DNA of 64,000 bases from Ranitomeya imitator (GCF_032444005.1 NW_027193546.1:434001-498000); one strand, 5' to 3'. Positions 1-13,060 are shown, counted from the stretch's first letter. Numbers and translations are program-made. Notes: a model not told the origin generated them from the letters alone.

Positions 1-32
1 CCTTTGGGGTGAGGAGCGGAGCACGGANNNNN

Positions 33-600
<568 letters not shown>

Positions 601-1215
601 TTGCTTCATCTTTGCAGCGGGGATGCTGTATAGCGATGCAAAACCCTGTATAATGCTCTATACATCTAAATAGTGCTGTGAAGCTCCATATACCGCAGTG
701 CACCCTCATACAGCGCTGTATGTGTTCATGTTCTATTTACCCTTCATAGTGCTGTTATTCATCTGAATAGTGCAGAGTACCCCCATATACTGCAACCTAC
801 TGACAAATGACTGTGCCACATTATGCAGGCAGTTACAGTACAGCGCCCGACATGTTACACTCCGTATAGTGCAGTAATATCTCCAGATGGTGCTGGAAAC
901 CCCAGCTAGTCAGCTGTGCCAGGACTGCAAACCCTGTGAATTCAGTGAGATGTTTCGGTAGTAGCCGCACCCAGTTTTCTAGGAAGAGCCGGCTTCCCTC
1001 AGGAGCTGTGTCCCCTGTATAAACTGCACTTATCCCTCCTGTGTGTGATCTCAGTAACATGAAGCCGGATCAGTCACTTCAGCCACGAATCTCTGCTCTG
1101 TGGTGACCGCAGTACAGTGGAGCACGGATCGTGTATAGTGACCTCTATATACCGCCTGGTGCAGTGTGAACCATCAGTGTGATCAGCGGTGCGGCTCTTA
1201 GGAGGAGGATGTGGG

Positions 1216-1231
1216 GGCTCTTAGAAGAGCC
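1216..1231 (-). terminator. Orphan histone 3' stem-loop copy 1
   Basis: Minus strand AAA-GGCTCTTCTAAGAGCC-CCCAC, with TAAGAGCC (HDE-like) ~23 nt downstream; no intact histone ORF upstream. Confidence 0.85.
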
Positions 1232-1265
1232 TTTGAGTGTGTGGACAGATGTGGAGGAGCGGAGT

Positions 1266-1315
1266 TTACAGTCCTGGCACAGCAGACTAGCCGCTTCCTG
1301 GATCTACGAGGAAAC
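1266..1315 (-). pseudogene. Possible degenerate H2B-like C-terminal relic
   Basis: Minus strand TCC TCG TAG ATC CAG GAA GCG GCT AGT CTG CTG -TG CCA GGA CTG TAA reads SS*IQEAASLL-PG, against H2B SREIQTAVRLLLPG; lies just upstream of the orphan stem-loop. Confidence 0.4.
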
Positions 1316-2841
1316 GGCCATTATCTGTCCCAATCACTGCACAAAGTCCTCCTTCAATAAGGGCTAATTTCCAGCTATCTGCAGATTATTCCGAGGCTGA
1401 GTTCTGCGAGCGACACTCAATTTGCACTGACAGTCTGGCGGGTGAGGGGTTAATCCCTGTCAGTGTTTCTCCTCCGCTCCATCTGCACAGGAGGCGGCTC
1501 CTCACTCACCCGCGTATTATCCTGTGCAGATCCCCTGTGGTGTCCGCGCTGATCCTATCACAGCCTGACTGAGACAAGTCTCCTATGTTCTGCCCGGAGC
1601 CTGATGTGACGCTGCCGGGTCTCGGGTGGGGGGAAGTCGCCGCTTCTATAAAGCGAGTGAGTAGTGGGGGTCAGCACACACGGACACTAAGGAGTTAATG
1701 GGGGCGGATGTTCCTGTATCTGGGATTGGTCGGCGCCTGTGGATGTCTCTCGCTCATTGGCTGATTACAGATCCGTTGCTGGTTTTGAATTTCCCGCTCA
1801 ATCGCTTTTCTTTGTCCGTCGGATTATTACCGGCCCCTCTGCTGGAGCGGCGATCGCTGTGTATACCGGTGGGAGCAGCTCTACCCCGCTGATAATACCG
1901 GGTCCTGTCCTCCCAACTGTCTGCCCCCAAACACGGGGATCAGTCGCCATTATTATTCTGAGGAGGTTATAATAGTCTTCAGAGGCGACATCCATCCGAC
2001 ACATTAGTGTCCAGGACTTGGTCATCACACAGGAGCCTCCGTACCCGGTACACAGGGCGTCCATCTATCCAGCTGTCTCTTACAGCCACATTCCCTGTAC
2101 ACGGATCTGATCAGGAAATTATCACTGCGGCCCAGTGCGGATATATATCCCCCATGAATCCATGTTATCTTTGTAGGTCAATGAGAAGAAACCGCATCAC
2201 CCGAAGTCCGCGGTGAAAGACGGGGGAGCAGACACGGCCCCAGTATGTCAGGACCCGGGAGCATACAACTAGCACGTCCCAGGCTGAGGCCGGTACTACA
2301 GGCAGCCGCACAGGGGATATTTTGCCCTGCAGAGACGCTGAGCCGGATACTAATCAATCAGCGCCCAATAAGAACAGGATCTTAAATGTCTAGACAGAAT
2401 ATTAACCTACATTTGGAAACCGCCCGGAACACCCCCTGATTAGAGCTGTAGAGAGATCTGCTTCCAATAAGCCTTTCCACGTCAGGATATCCTTCGGAAA
2501 CTGAATGTGTGGGAATATGGTTAAAGAGACCCTACTCCCAGATCATACACACACGGAATCCGTCGGGTACAAAACAGGATTTGCAAATAGGTCTCACAAC
2601 CAAAAGCAGCGACAGAACCATCCGCCCAAAAACGGCATCAGAGGACGTTACCGAACTGCGGATCAGGGTCAGAATTACCATTCCCCACAATTATTTGGCC
2701 GATGGTAGTTTTCGACTATTCAGTATTCGGAGCGTAAATTCGGCACCGATGAGTGTTCTACTAACATTACAGCGACATCACCACAGCAGAGAAATGAGAT
2801 CCTAGCAGTCAGGTGCAGCCTCTCACTTAGAAGATGTGGGT

Positions 2842-2857
2842 GGCTCTGAAAAGAGCC
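2842..2857 (-). terminator. H4 3' stem-loop copy 1
   Basis: GGCTCTTTTCAGAGCC-ACCCA on minus strand, ~30 nt after the H4 stop. Confidence 0.95.
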
Positions 2858-2887
2858 TTTGGGTTGTGAAGACAGAAGAGAACACAA

Positions 2888-3208
<321 letters not shown>

Positions 3209-3244
3209 TTAATGAGCAAAAACTGATTCCTGAGCCTCAGGGAC

Positions 3245-3395
3245 TGCACCTTTATATGGAGGGAGAATGGACCAGAGAGAGAACTGCAGAGATGACGCAC
3301 TTCCGGGACGGGGCTTACAGAATCTACATTAGCTCCTCCCTTTCTCTGCTGATTGGCTAAATACTAAACTGTAGGGAAGTTTGATTTTCCCGCTC
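3245..3395 (-). promoter_or_regulatory. H4 promoter
   Basis: Minus strand GCGGGAAAATCAAA (E2F/CHR-like), AGCCAATC, GC box, GGTCC H4 element, CATATAAAGG. Confidence 0.75.
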
Positions 3396-3519
3396 ATTGC
3401 TCAGTTTCTGCAATTATCTTTCCAGCTTCTATTATGTGTAATTTCCTTCCCTTATGATTGAGGGTATCCTAAATATTGTCATTACTGTTCCAGATCATGG
3501 TGGATCATATCTTCCACAA

Positions 3520-3715
3520 CAGATGATGCCCCCAGTTACCCTCCACACAGTATGATGCCTCCTACACAGTAAGATACCCACACAGCAGGATGTCCCCACA
3601 GTTACTGTGTGGGGGTATAATACCCCCAGTAACTCCCCAAACAGTATGATGCCCTAAGTCCCCCCCCCACACACACACACACACACTTTGATGCACCCAC
3701 AGTTATCCCCTATAC
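3520..3715. repeat. Degenerate CACAGTATGATGCC-type short tandem repeat with C/CA run
   Basis: Repeated (c)acagtatgatgcc motifs; same block at ~24705-24900 and ~38070-38265. Confidence 0.5.
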
Positions 3716-3718
3716 AAT

Positions 3719-4233
3719 GTAACATAGTAACATAGTTAGTAAGGCCGAAAAAATACATTTGTCCTTCCAGTTCAGCCTATATTCCATCATAATAAATCCC
3801 CAGATCTACGTCCTTCTACAGAACCTAATAATTGTATGATACAATATTGTTCTGCTCCAGGAAGACATCCAGGCCTCTCTTGAACCCCTCGACTGAGTTC
3901 GCCATCACCACCTCCTCAGGCAAGCAATTCCAGATTCTCACTGCCCTAACAGTAAAGAATCCTCTTCTATGTTGGTGGAAAAACCTTCTCTCTTCCAGAC
4001 CCAAAGAATGCCCCCTTGTGCCCGTCACCTTCCTTGGTATAAACAGATCCTCAGCGAGATATTTGTATTGTCCCCTTATATACTTATACATGGTTATTAG
4101 ATCGCCCCGTCTTTTTTCTAGACTAAATAATCCTAATTTCGCTAACCTATCTGGGTATTGTAGTTCTCCCATTCCCTTTATTAATTTTGTTGGCCTCCTT
4201 TGTACTCTCTCTAGTTCCATTATATCCTTCCTG
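3719..4233 (-). mobile_element. 5'-truncated CR1 LINE, copy in unit 1
   Basis: RT C-terminus [15 protein letters not shown]...[18 protein letters not shown]...RGH..AVRIWNCLP; (GTAACATA)n 3' tail; carries a 6-nt deletion. Confidence 0.92.
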
Positions 4234-4651
4234 TGGATGTGATACCCCCAGAGCGTCCCAACCTCAGCGTAATGCAATGATAGACATTTGTTCATTTTCT
4301 GATGAAGAACTTCCATAAATGGAGATTTGGAAGGACGAAAGAAGCAAGTGAAATTAGAAGAGATTTCCCATCATTTAATCACCAGATGATGGTACTTCAT
4401 TTATGCCGTTACCTCATGTACCAATTACAACCCAGAAAGACATTTTATGCATTTTGTTTTATATAAAATATCATGCTTTAATGCAAAATTACAGGAACCT
4501 GCTCATAATTGTAAAGTACAAATTAGTTTGTTGGTGTTTTTTTTTAATTCATTGCTTTAATGTAAAAACTGTACAGGCAGCAAGAGGGTTAAACACCAGT
4601 GTAACTGAAAAATAATCCTTACTACATCGCCCTCTATAGTGCCAGAGGCAT

Positions 4652-5062
4652 TTACCTTATACATTCGAGTATAATCTGAGATTTGCAGCCATTTTTTTTA
4701 GGCTGAAAGTGCCCCTCTCGTCTTATACTGGAGTCATTGTACCAGGGGGTCGGCGGCTGGCACATCATACTCACCTCATACTGGCGCGGTCTCTGCTTCT
4801 CAGATAGTCTCTGGCGCCTGCATCTCTTCCTGTAATGAGTGGTACCACGTGACCACTAAACAAAGTAATGAATACATACGTGGCTCCACTCCCACAGGCG
4901 TGGAGCGCATATTCATTACTTTAATGAGCGGTACCATGACGAACACAGGAACAAGTTGCCGGCACCAGAGACCATCGGAGAAGCAGGGACTTGCAGAGAC
5001 GCTGCCAGGAGGGTGAGTATGACGGGGGAGGGTGAGCCATGCATATTCACCTGTTCCGACGC
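4652..5062. mobile_element. Palindromic non-autonomous (MITE-like) element, unit 1
   Basis: Nested inverted repeats CATACTCACC 4766-4775 / GGTGAGTATG 5012-5021 and AAAGTAATGAATA 4862-4874 / TATTCATTACTTT 4910-4922; no credible ORF; outer ends approximate. Confidence 0.55.
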
Positions 5063-5814
5063 GTATCCGGGGGAGATTGCTAGTAGAAATTTTGTAATTA
5101 GCTCCTATCTCCTCCCTTTCGTCTGATTGGTTGAGCACAGAACGGTTGGAGATTTTGAATTTTCCACTTATTGTGCTCTTCTTTTCCCGCTTCTCTATTC
5201 TTCTCATCTCAGCGTCGCTTAGATCTGTTGGTTATTTTGATTTTTACTTCCGTTGTAGTTTCGGTTGTTATTTTCCAGCTTGTTATAAAGTAGAATAAAA
5301 AATACATTTTAAGGACACTGATCTACAGATAACTCATCTGATCCCCGGCAGTCACTCATCATTACACGTGGTGCCCGACTGGTGGCCATTACCGGTCACT
5401 GCAGAGCAGGGAGCTGTATGTAACCAGACCCCCGGCGGCACCAGCCACAGATAAGATGAGAAAACTCAAATATATGATAATTACAACCTAAAGCCGCAAG
5501 ACTGCAGAGGCGGCACTAGGACCCCATTTACGTCTGCGCTGTACAGAAACCGCGCCTCCACCACCAAAGACCCGGGCTGTGCACAGCGCACACTTTACCC
5601 TGTCCTTATAAAACGTCAGTCATGTAATTGATGTCGCACTTTTGGACTTGGTGAGAATAAAGGATGCGCGGAGCGGTAACTGGAATATCGCGGATCACCT
5701 ACAATATCGGACACAGCAGCCGGCTATTACCTTTCCTGACCGCGCTCCGTATATGGAGAATACGCGCAGAAGAGAAACCGTTCAGGACTCGGCTCATTTG
5801 TGGGAGGATTTGGT

Positions 5815-5830
5815 GGCTCTGAAAAGAGCC
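5815..5830 (-). terminator. H3 3' stem-loop copy 1
   Basis: GGCTCTTTTCAGAGCC-ACCAA on minus strand. Confidence 0.95.
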
Positions 5831-5859
5831 TTTGTGTTGTGGTCGCAGCCGGGGCAGAT

Positions 5860-6507
<648 letters not shown>

Positions 6508-6678
6508 TCAGATCACTCATTTGCCGCTGCTGGAGCAGCTGATGTATCTGCGTTGAAATGTCCCCGTGTATAGCGCTGTACAGTGCAGCTCCCACATTAT
6601 CGTCAGATCACACAAACCCCCCATCCTGAGACTGCGCCCAGCATCAGTTATATTAAAAACATTACAAGTAGGAAAACC

Positions 6679-9600
6679 GATCATACAGCTCTGCGGGGAG
6701 GAGGTGGTGGCACTGATCATACAGCTCTGCGGGGTGGAGGTGATTTCTCTGATCATACAGCTCTGCAGGGAGGAGTAGGTGGTGGCACTGATGATACAGC
6801 TCTGCGGGGAGGAGGTGGTGGCACTGATCATACAGCTCTGCGGGGAGGAGGAGGTGGCACTGATCATACAGCTCTGCGGGGAGGAGGTGGTGGCACTGAT
6901 CATACAGCTCTGCGGGGAGGAGGTGGTGGCACTGATCATACAGCTCTGCGGGGAGGAGGTGGTGGCACTGATCATACAGCTCTGCGGGGAGGAGGTGGTG
7001 GCACTGATCGTACAGCTCTGCGGGGAGGAGGTGGTGGCACTGATCATACAGCTCTGCAGGGAGGAGGTGGTGGCACTGATCATACAGCTCTGCGGGGAGA
7101 AGGTGTTGGCACTGATCATACAGCTCTCCGGGGAGGAGGTGATTTCTCTGATCATACAGCTCTGCAGGGAGGATGAGGTTATGGCTCTGATCATACAGGT
7201 CTGAGGGGAGTAGGTGGTGGCTCTGATCATACAGTTCTGCGGGGAGAGGGTGGTGGCACTGATCATACAGCTCTGCGGGGAGGAGGTGATGGCTCTGATC
7301 CTACAGCTCTGCGGGGAGAATGTGGTGGCTCTGATCATACAGCTCTGCGGGGAGAAGGTGGTGGCACTGATCATACGGCTCTCCGGGGAGGAGGTGATTT
7401 CTCTGATCATACAGCTCTGCAGGGAGGAGGTGGTGGCTCTGATCATACAGCTCTGCGGAGAGGAGGTGGTGGCTCTGATCATGCAGCTCTGCGGGGAGGA
7501 GGTGGTGGCACTGATCATACAGCTGTGCGGGGAGTAGGTGGTGGCACTGATGATACAGCTCTGCGGGGAGGAGGTGGTGGCACTGATCATACAGCTCTGC
7601 GGGGTGGAGGTGATTTCTCTGATCATACAGCTCTGCGGGGAGGAGGAGATGGCACTGATCATACAGCTCTGCGGGGAGGAGGTGGTGGCACTGATCATAC
7701 AGCTCTGCGGGGAGGAGGTGGTGGCTCTGATCATACTGCTCTGCGGGGAGGAGGTGGTGGTACTGATCATACAGCTGTGCGGGGAGGAGGTGATTTCTCT
7801 GATCATACAGCTCTGCAGGGAGGAGGTGGTGGCTCTGATCATACAGCTCTGCGGGGAGGAGGTGGTGGCTCTGATCATACAGCTCTGCGGGGAGGAGGTG
7901 GTGGCACTGATCATACAGCTCTGCGAGGAGGAGGAGGTGGCTCTGATCATACAGCTCTGCGGGGAGGAGGAGGTGGCACTGATCATACAGCTCTGCGGGG
8001 AGGAGGTGGTGGCACTGATCATACAGCTCTGCGGGGAGGAGGTGGTGGCACTGATCATACAGCTCTGCGGGGAGGAGGTGGTGGCACTGATTATACAGCT
8101 CTGCGGGGAGAGGGAGGTGGCTCTGATCATACAGCTCTGCGGGGAGGAGGTGGTGGCTCTGATCATACAGCTCTGCGGGGTGGAGGTGATTTCTCTGATC
8201 ATACAGCTCTGCGGGGTGGAGGTGGTGGCACTGATTATACAGCTCTGCGGGGAGGAAGTGGTGGCTCTGATCATACAGCTCTGCGGGGGAGAAGGTGGTG
8301 GCACTGATCATACAGCTCTGCGGGGTGGAGGTGATTTCTCTGATCATACAGCTCTGCAGGGAGGAGTAGGTGGTGGCACTGATGATACAGCTCTGCGGGG
8401 AGGAGGTGGTGGCACTGATCATACAGCTCTGCGGGGTGGAGGTGATTTCTCTGATCATACAGCTCTGCGGGGAGGAGGAGGTGGCAGTGATCATACAGCT
8501 CTGCGGGGAGGAGGTGGTGGCACTGATCATACAGCTCTGCGGGGAGGAGGTGGTGGCACTGATCATACAGCTCTGCGGGGAGGAGGTGGTGGCACTGATT
8601 ATACAGCTCTGCGGGGAGAGGGTGGTGGCTCTGATCATACAGCTCTGCGGGGAGGAGGTGGTGGCTCTGATCATACAGCTCTGCGGGGTGGAGGTGATTT
8701 CTCTGATCATACAGCTCTGCGGGGTGGAGGTGGTGGCACTGATTATACACCTCTGCGGGGAGGAAGTGGTGGCTCTGATCATACAGCTCTGCGGGGGAGA
8801 AGGTGGTGGCACTGATCATACAGCTCTGCGGGGTGGAGGTGATTTCTCTGATCATACAGCTCTGCAGGGAGGAGTAGGTGGTGGCACTGATGATACAGCT
8901 CTGCGGGGAGGAGGTGGTGGCACTGATCATACAGCTCTGCGGGGTGGAGGTGATTTCTCTGATCATACAGCTCTGCAGGGAGGAGTAGGTGGTGGCACTG
9001 ATGATACAGCTCTGCGGGGAGGAGGTGGTGGCACTGATCATACAGCTCTGCGGGGAGGAGGTGGTGGCTCTGATCATACAGCTCTGCGGGGAGGAGGTGG
9101 TGGCTCTGATCATGCAGCTCTGCGGGGAGGAGGTGGTGGCACTGATCATACAGCTGTGCGGGGAGGAGGTGGTGGCACTGATCATACAGCTCTGCGGGGA
9201 GGAGGTGGTGGCTCTGATCATACAGCTCTGCGGGGAGGAGGTGGTGGTACTGATCATACAGCTGTGCGGGGAGGAGGTGATTTCTCTGATCATACAGCTC
9301 TGCAGGGAGGAGGTGGTGGCTCTGATCATACGGCTCTGCGGGGAGGAGGTGGTGGCACTGATCATACAGCTCTGCGGGGGAGAAGGTGGTGGCACTGATC
9401 ATACAGCTCTGCGGGGTGGAGGTGATTTCTCTGATCATACAGCTCTGCAGGGAGGAGTAGGTGGTGACACTGATCATACAGCTCTGCGGGGAGGAGGAGG
9501 TGGCACTGATCATACAGCTCTGCGGGGAGGAGGTGGTGGCACTGATCATACAGCTCTGCGGGGAGGAAGTGGTGGCACTGATCATACAGCTCTGCGGGGA

Positions 9601-10486
9601 GGAGGTGGTGGCACTGATCATACAGCTCTGCGGGGAGGAGGTGGTGGCACTGATCGTACAGCTCTGCGGGGAGGAGGTGGTGGCACTGATCATACAGCTC
9701 TGCAGGGAGGAGGTGGTGGCACTGATCATACAGCTCTGCGGGGAGAAGGTGTTGGCACTGATCATACAGCTCTGCGGGGAGGAGGTGGTGGTACTGATCA
9801 TACAGCTGTGCGGGGAGGAGGTGATTTCTCTGATCATACAGCTCTGCAGGGAGGAGGTGGTGGCTCTGATCATACAGCTCTGCGGGGAGGAGGTGGTGGC
9901 ACTGATCATACAGCTCTGCGGGGGAGAAGGTGGTGGCACTGATCATACAGCTCTGCGGGGTGGAGGTGATTTCTCTGATCATACAGCTCTGCAGGGAGGA
10001 GTAGGTGGTGGCACTGATCATACAGCTCTGCGGGGAGGAGGAGGTGGCACTGATCATACAGCTCTGCGGGGAGGAGGTGGTGGCACTGATCATACAGCTC
10101 TGCGGGGAGGAGGTGGTGGCACTGATCATACAGCTCTGCGGGGAGGAGGTGGTGGCACTGATCATACAGCTCTGCGGGGAGGAGGTGGTGGCACTGATCG
10201 TACAGCTCTGCGGGGAGGAGGTGGTGGCACTGATCATACAGCTCTGCAGGGAGGAGGTGGTGGCACTGATCATACAGCTCTGCGGGGAGAAGGTGTTGGC
10301 ACTGATCATACAGCTCTCCGGGGAGGAGGTGATTTCTCTGATCATAGAGCTCTGCAGGGAGGATGAGGTTATGGCTCTGATCATACAGGTCTGAGGGGAG
10401 TAGGTGGTGGCTCTGATCATACAGCTCTGCGGGGAGAGGGTGGTGGCACTGATCATACAGCTCTGCGGGGAGGAGGTGGTGGCTCT
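6679..10486. repeat. 36-bp minisatellite array 1 (~3.8 kb)
   Basis: Consensus GGCACTGATCATACAGCTCTGCGGGGAGGAGGTGGT, period 36 (e.g. 6781/6817), with 37- and 39-bp variants; runs directly into the H1 stem-loop. Confidence 0.99.
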
Positions 10487-10496
10487 TATAAGAGCC
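10481..10496 (-). terminator. H1 3' stem-loop copy 1
   Basis: GGCTCTTATAAGAGCC-ACCAC, followed by HDE GCAGAGCTGTA, ~30 nt after the H1 stop. Confidence 0.95.
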
Positions 10497-10524
10497 TTTG
10501 TGGTAACAGAACAGGGGCTGCAGC

Positions 10525-11148
10525 TTATTTCTTAGCCGCGGGCTTCTTGGCTTTCGCAGCCTTCTTAGCCGGACTCTTGGCGGGTTTGGCCGCCTTCTTA
10601 GCCGGACTCTTCGTCACCTTCTTGGGCTTGGGAGCGGCTTTCGGCTTCTTGGGGCTCTTGGCCGCTGCGGGCTTCTTGGCCTTTTTCGGGCTCTTCTTGG
10701 CCGCAGTCGGAGCCTTCTTGGGCTTCTTCGGAGATTTGGCGGCTTTCTTGGCAGCAGCGGGTTTCTTAGGTTTGGCCGCAGCTGCTGGCTTCGTCTTGGC
10801 CACTTTGTCCTTCGTCTCCTGCTTCTTGTTCAGCTTGAAGGACCCGGAGGCGCCGCTGCCTTTCACCTGGAGGAGGGCGCCCTTGGTGACCAGAGCCTTG
10901 ACGGCCAGCTTCAGGCGGCTGTTGTTCTTCTCTACATCGTATCCTCCAGCAGACAGAGCCTTCTTCAGGGCGGCCAGAGACACCCCGCTGCGCTCCTTGG
11001 AGGCGGACACGGCTTTCACGATCAGCTCGGAGACGCTGGGGCCGGAGGGTTTATTGCTCTTCTTGGCAGCAGATTTCTTCGGCTGCTTCTTGGATTTGGC
11101 GGCCGGTTCTGCGGGAGGGGGAGCGGCGGCTGGCGCGGTCTCTGCCAT
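10525..11148 (-). CDS. H1: Linker histone H1 copy 1
   Basis: [11 protein letters not shown]...[30 protein letters not shown]...[13 protein letters not shown] plus K/A/P-rich tail; an in-frame upstream ATG exists at 11151. Confidence 0.97.
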   Translation of the reverse strand: MAETAPAAAPPPAEPAAKSKKQPKKSAAKKSNKPSGPSVSELIVKAVSASKERSGVSLAALKKALSAGGYDVEKNNSRLKLAVKALVTKGALLQVKGSGASGSFKLNKKQETKDKVAKTKPAAAAKPKKPAAAKKAAKSPKKPKKAPTAAKKSPKKAKKPAAAKSPKKPKAAPKPKKVTKSPAKKAAKPAKSPAKKAAKAKKPAAKK

Positions 11149-11219
11149 CATGTGCTGCTGAAGCTAAATGAAAATATTTCCTGATAGGAAGGAAAACACT
11201 GAGGCCGGAGCTGGAGGCG

Positions 11220-11320
11220 CCTGTTATATGTACAGGCTTACTGCGCACTGATTGGCTGCTGAGCAGCACCGTCCTGAGCTTCTATTGGCTGAAACTGGAC
11301 ACAGGCCCCGCCCCCTCCCA
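11220..11320 (-). promoter_or_regulatory. H1 promoter
   Basis: Minus strand CATATAAC, two CCAAT boxes (~11251, ~11284), GC box ~11305-11314. Confidence 0.7.
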
Positions 11321-12151
11321 GCTGAGTCCGAGTGAAGCTCCGCTCTCCCCTTGTGCTTCCCTGCCCGGGATAAAAGCCCTTTACCGGCTAACACCGGACA
11401 GCAGAGCGCGATTCCTCCGTCGCCTCCCCTTCTCCAACATCTCCACCGGCCATTTGTAGCCGTCACTAGCAGAGATGCCGGGAAAGAGCGGAGAGGAAAT
11501 CCCGGGATCATCGCCGCCGTCCTCCCGATCTGCACCTCACTGTGTACCGGGGAGATAAATCTGCTGCGGGAGCTCGTTCCTCCTATTCCCGGCTCCTGTC
11601 ACCATCACAGGGATCTTTACTCCTATGTCTATCGCACAGGAAGCTGATTGTACGATGTGGGGACGAGCTGGAGCTGCTGACAACCCAGAAGGGTAACACA
11701 GGCGACGGCCTCCGCTGACTGCCACCTCCCTGACCTGTGGTGTCACTGTACCCCGTATGTGCAGAGGATTGGGGGGACACGTGTTCCACATCAGTAGATG
11801 ATCCACATCGGTGGCTGATTGCAATCACCTGCCTGATATCGTGTCTTACCCAGTGTGAAGCTGTGACCGCTGCGGCCTGTCATGGTGCGAAGAGCTCTGA
11901 TGAGGCGACAGCTGCACACTGCGACTCCCCAACCAAACACATAAACATCTCCGGGGAGAAAACTGAAATATTAATGGATTTATGTGACCCCCACTATTGT
12001 GTAAAAGGGGAATATTGGGAGAAAAGCGGAGACACAAAATCCAGCGTCTACACAGAGAACACAGCTGTACATAGTTTATATAGTGCACAACATCACATCT
12101 GCACAGCCCAGATCAGCAGTGTAATAAGTGTCACTGATACTAGAGGAGAGG

Positions 12152-12359
12152 GTACAGTATATACAGCAGAGTGTACAGTATATACAGCAGAGTACACAGT
12201 ATATAGAGCAGAGTGTACAGTATATACAGCAGTGTGCACAGTATATAGAGCCAGTGTGTACAGTACATACAGCAGTGTGTACAGTATATAGAGCAGTGTG
12301 TAAAGTATATACAGCAGTGTGTACAATTTATAGACCAGAGTGTACAGTATATAGAGCAG
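12152..12359. repeat. ~20-bp tandem repeat (GTACAGTATATACAGCAG(A/T)GT)
   Basis: About 10 degenerate units visible. Confidence 0.85.
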
Positions 12360-12360
12360 T

Positions 12361-12733
12361 CTCCCCTCTCTTCTTCTTTCTCTCTCTCTCTCCCTCTTTC
12401 TTAATCTCTATTTCTCTCTCCTCTCTTTCATTATTTCCTTCTCTCCTTTCTCTCTTCGCTCTCCTCTCTTTCTTTCTCTCTTCTTTTTTCTCTAAATATT
12501 TCTCTCACTCTTACTCTTTCTTCCTTTCTATTTCTCTCTCTCCCTCTCTTTCCCTTGCTTTCTCTTTTTCTTACTTTATATCTATCTCTCTCATTCTCTC
12601 TTTCTTTATCTCTCTTCTCTCTCTCTCTCTTTATGTCTCTTTGTCTCTCTTTCTCTCTTTCTCCCTTTCTTTCTCTCTATCTCCTTCTTTCTCATTCTCT
12701 CTCTTTCACTTTATCTCTCTCTTTCTCTCTCTC
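12361..12733. repeat. CT-rich low-complexity tract
   Basis: ~370 nt of almost pure pyrimidine, ending in CTCAG. Confidence 0.9.
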
Positions 12734-13060
12734 AGGGAGAGATTATCAATCCTTCATGTCAGCAGTGCACCTCTCCAAAATGAGGCAGATGTACTAGATT
12801 TTCTAGGCACCGCCATCTGCACGTGGGGTGCTGCTGTAATCCCTGTCATCATCCTCGTTTTTCCTCTCCACGTTTCCATATCCAGCCAAGTGATCGCTGG
12901 GCCCAGTATTCTCATCAGCATTGCCGATACTTCGAGCTGTAGCAAAGGAGAAGGCACAAGTGATGATAACCCGCCTCTATGTGCCCTCAAGTGTCTCCGC
13001 TGTGGTGCGGGATGATATGCTATGGAAGGTTAATAATCAATAATTGTGTCCTTCCTACAG

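Noticed and set aside
1512-1620. Weak H4-like peptide (GCDRISADTTGDLHRII) on minus strand
   Set aside because: Few identities, no ATG and no in-frame continuation; indistinguishable from chance without an HMM search.
6679-10486. CRISPR-like regular repeats
   Set aside because: Head-to-tail units with no unique spacers, no cas genes and a eukaryotic context.
6679-10486. PRDM9-motif-like CCACCACCTCCTC in each unit
   Set aside because: Imperfect match to a human allele-specific motif, and PRDM9 is reported lost in frogs.
12128-13015. 295-aa hydrophobic ORF
   Set aside because: Derived from the tandem repeat and CT tract. I could not confidently assign 12735-13020 as an upstream BRAT1 exon.
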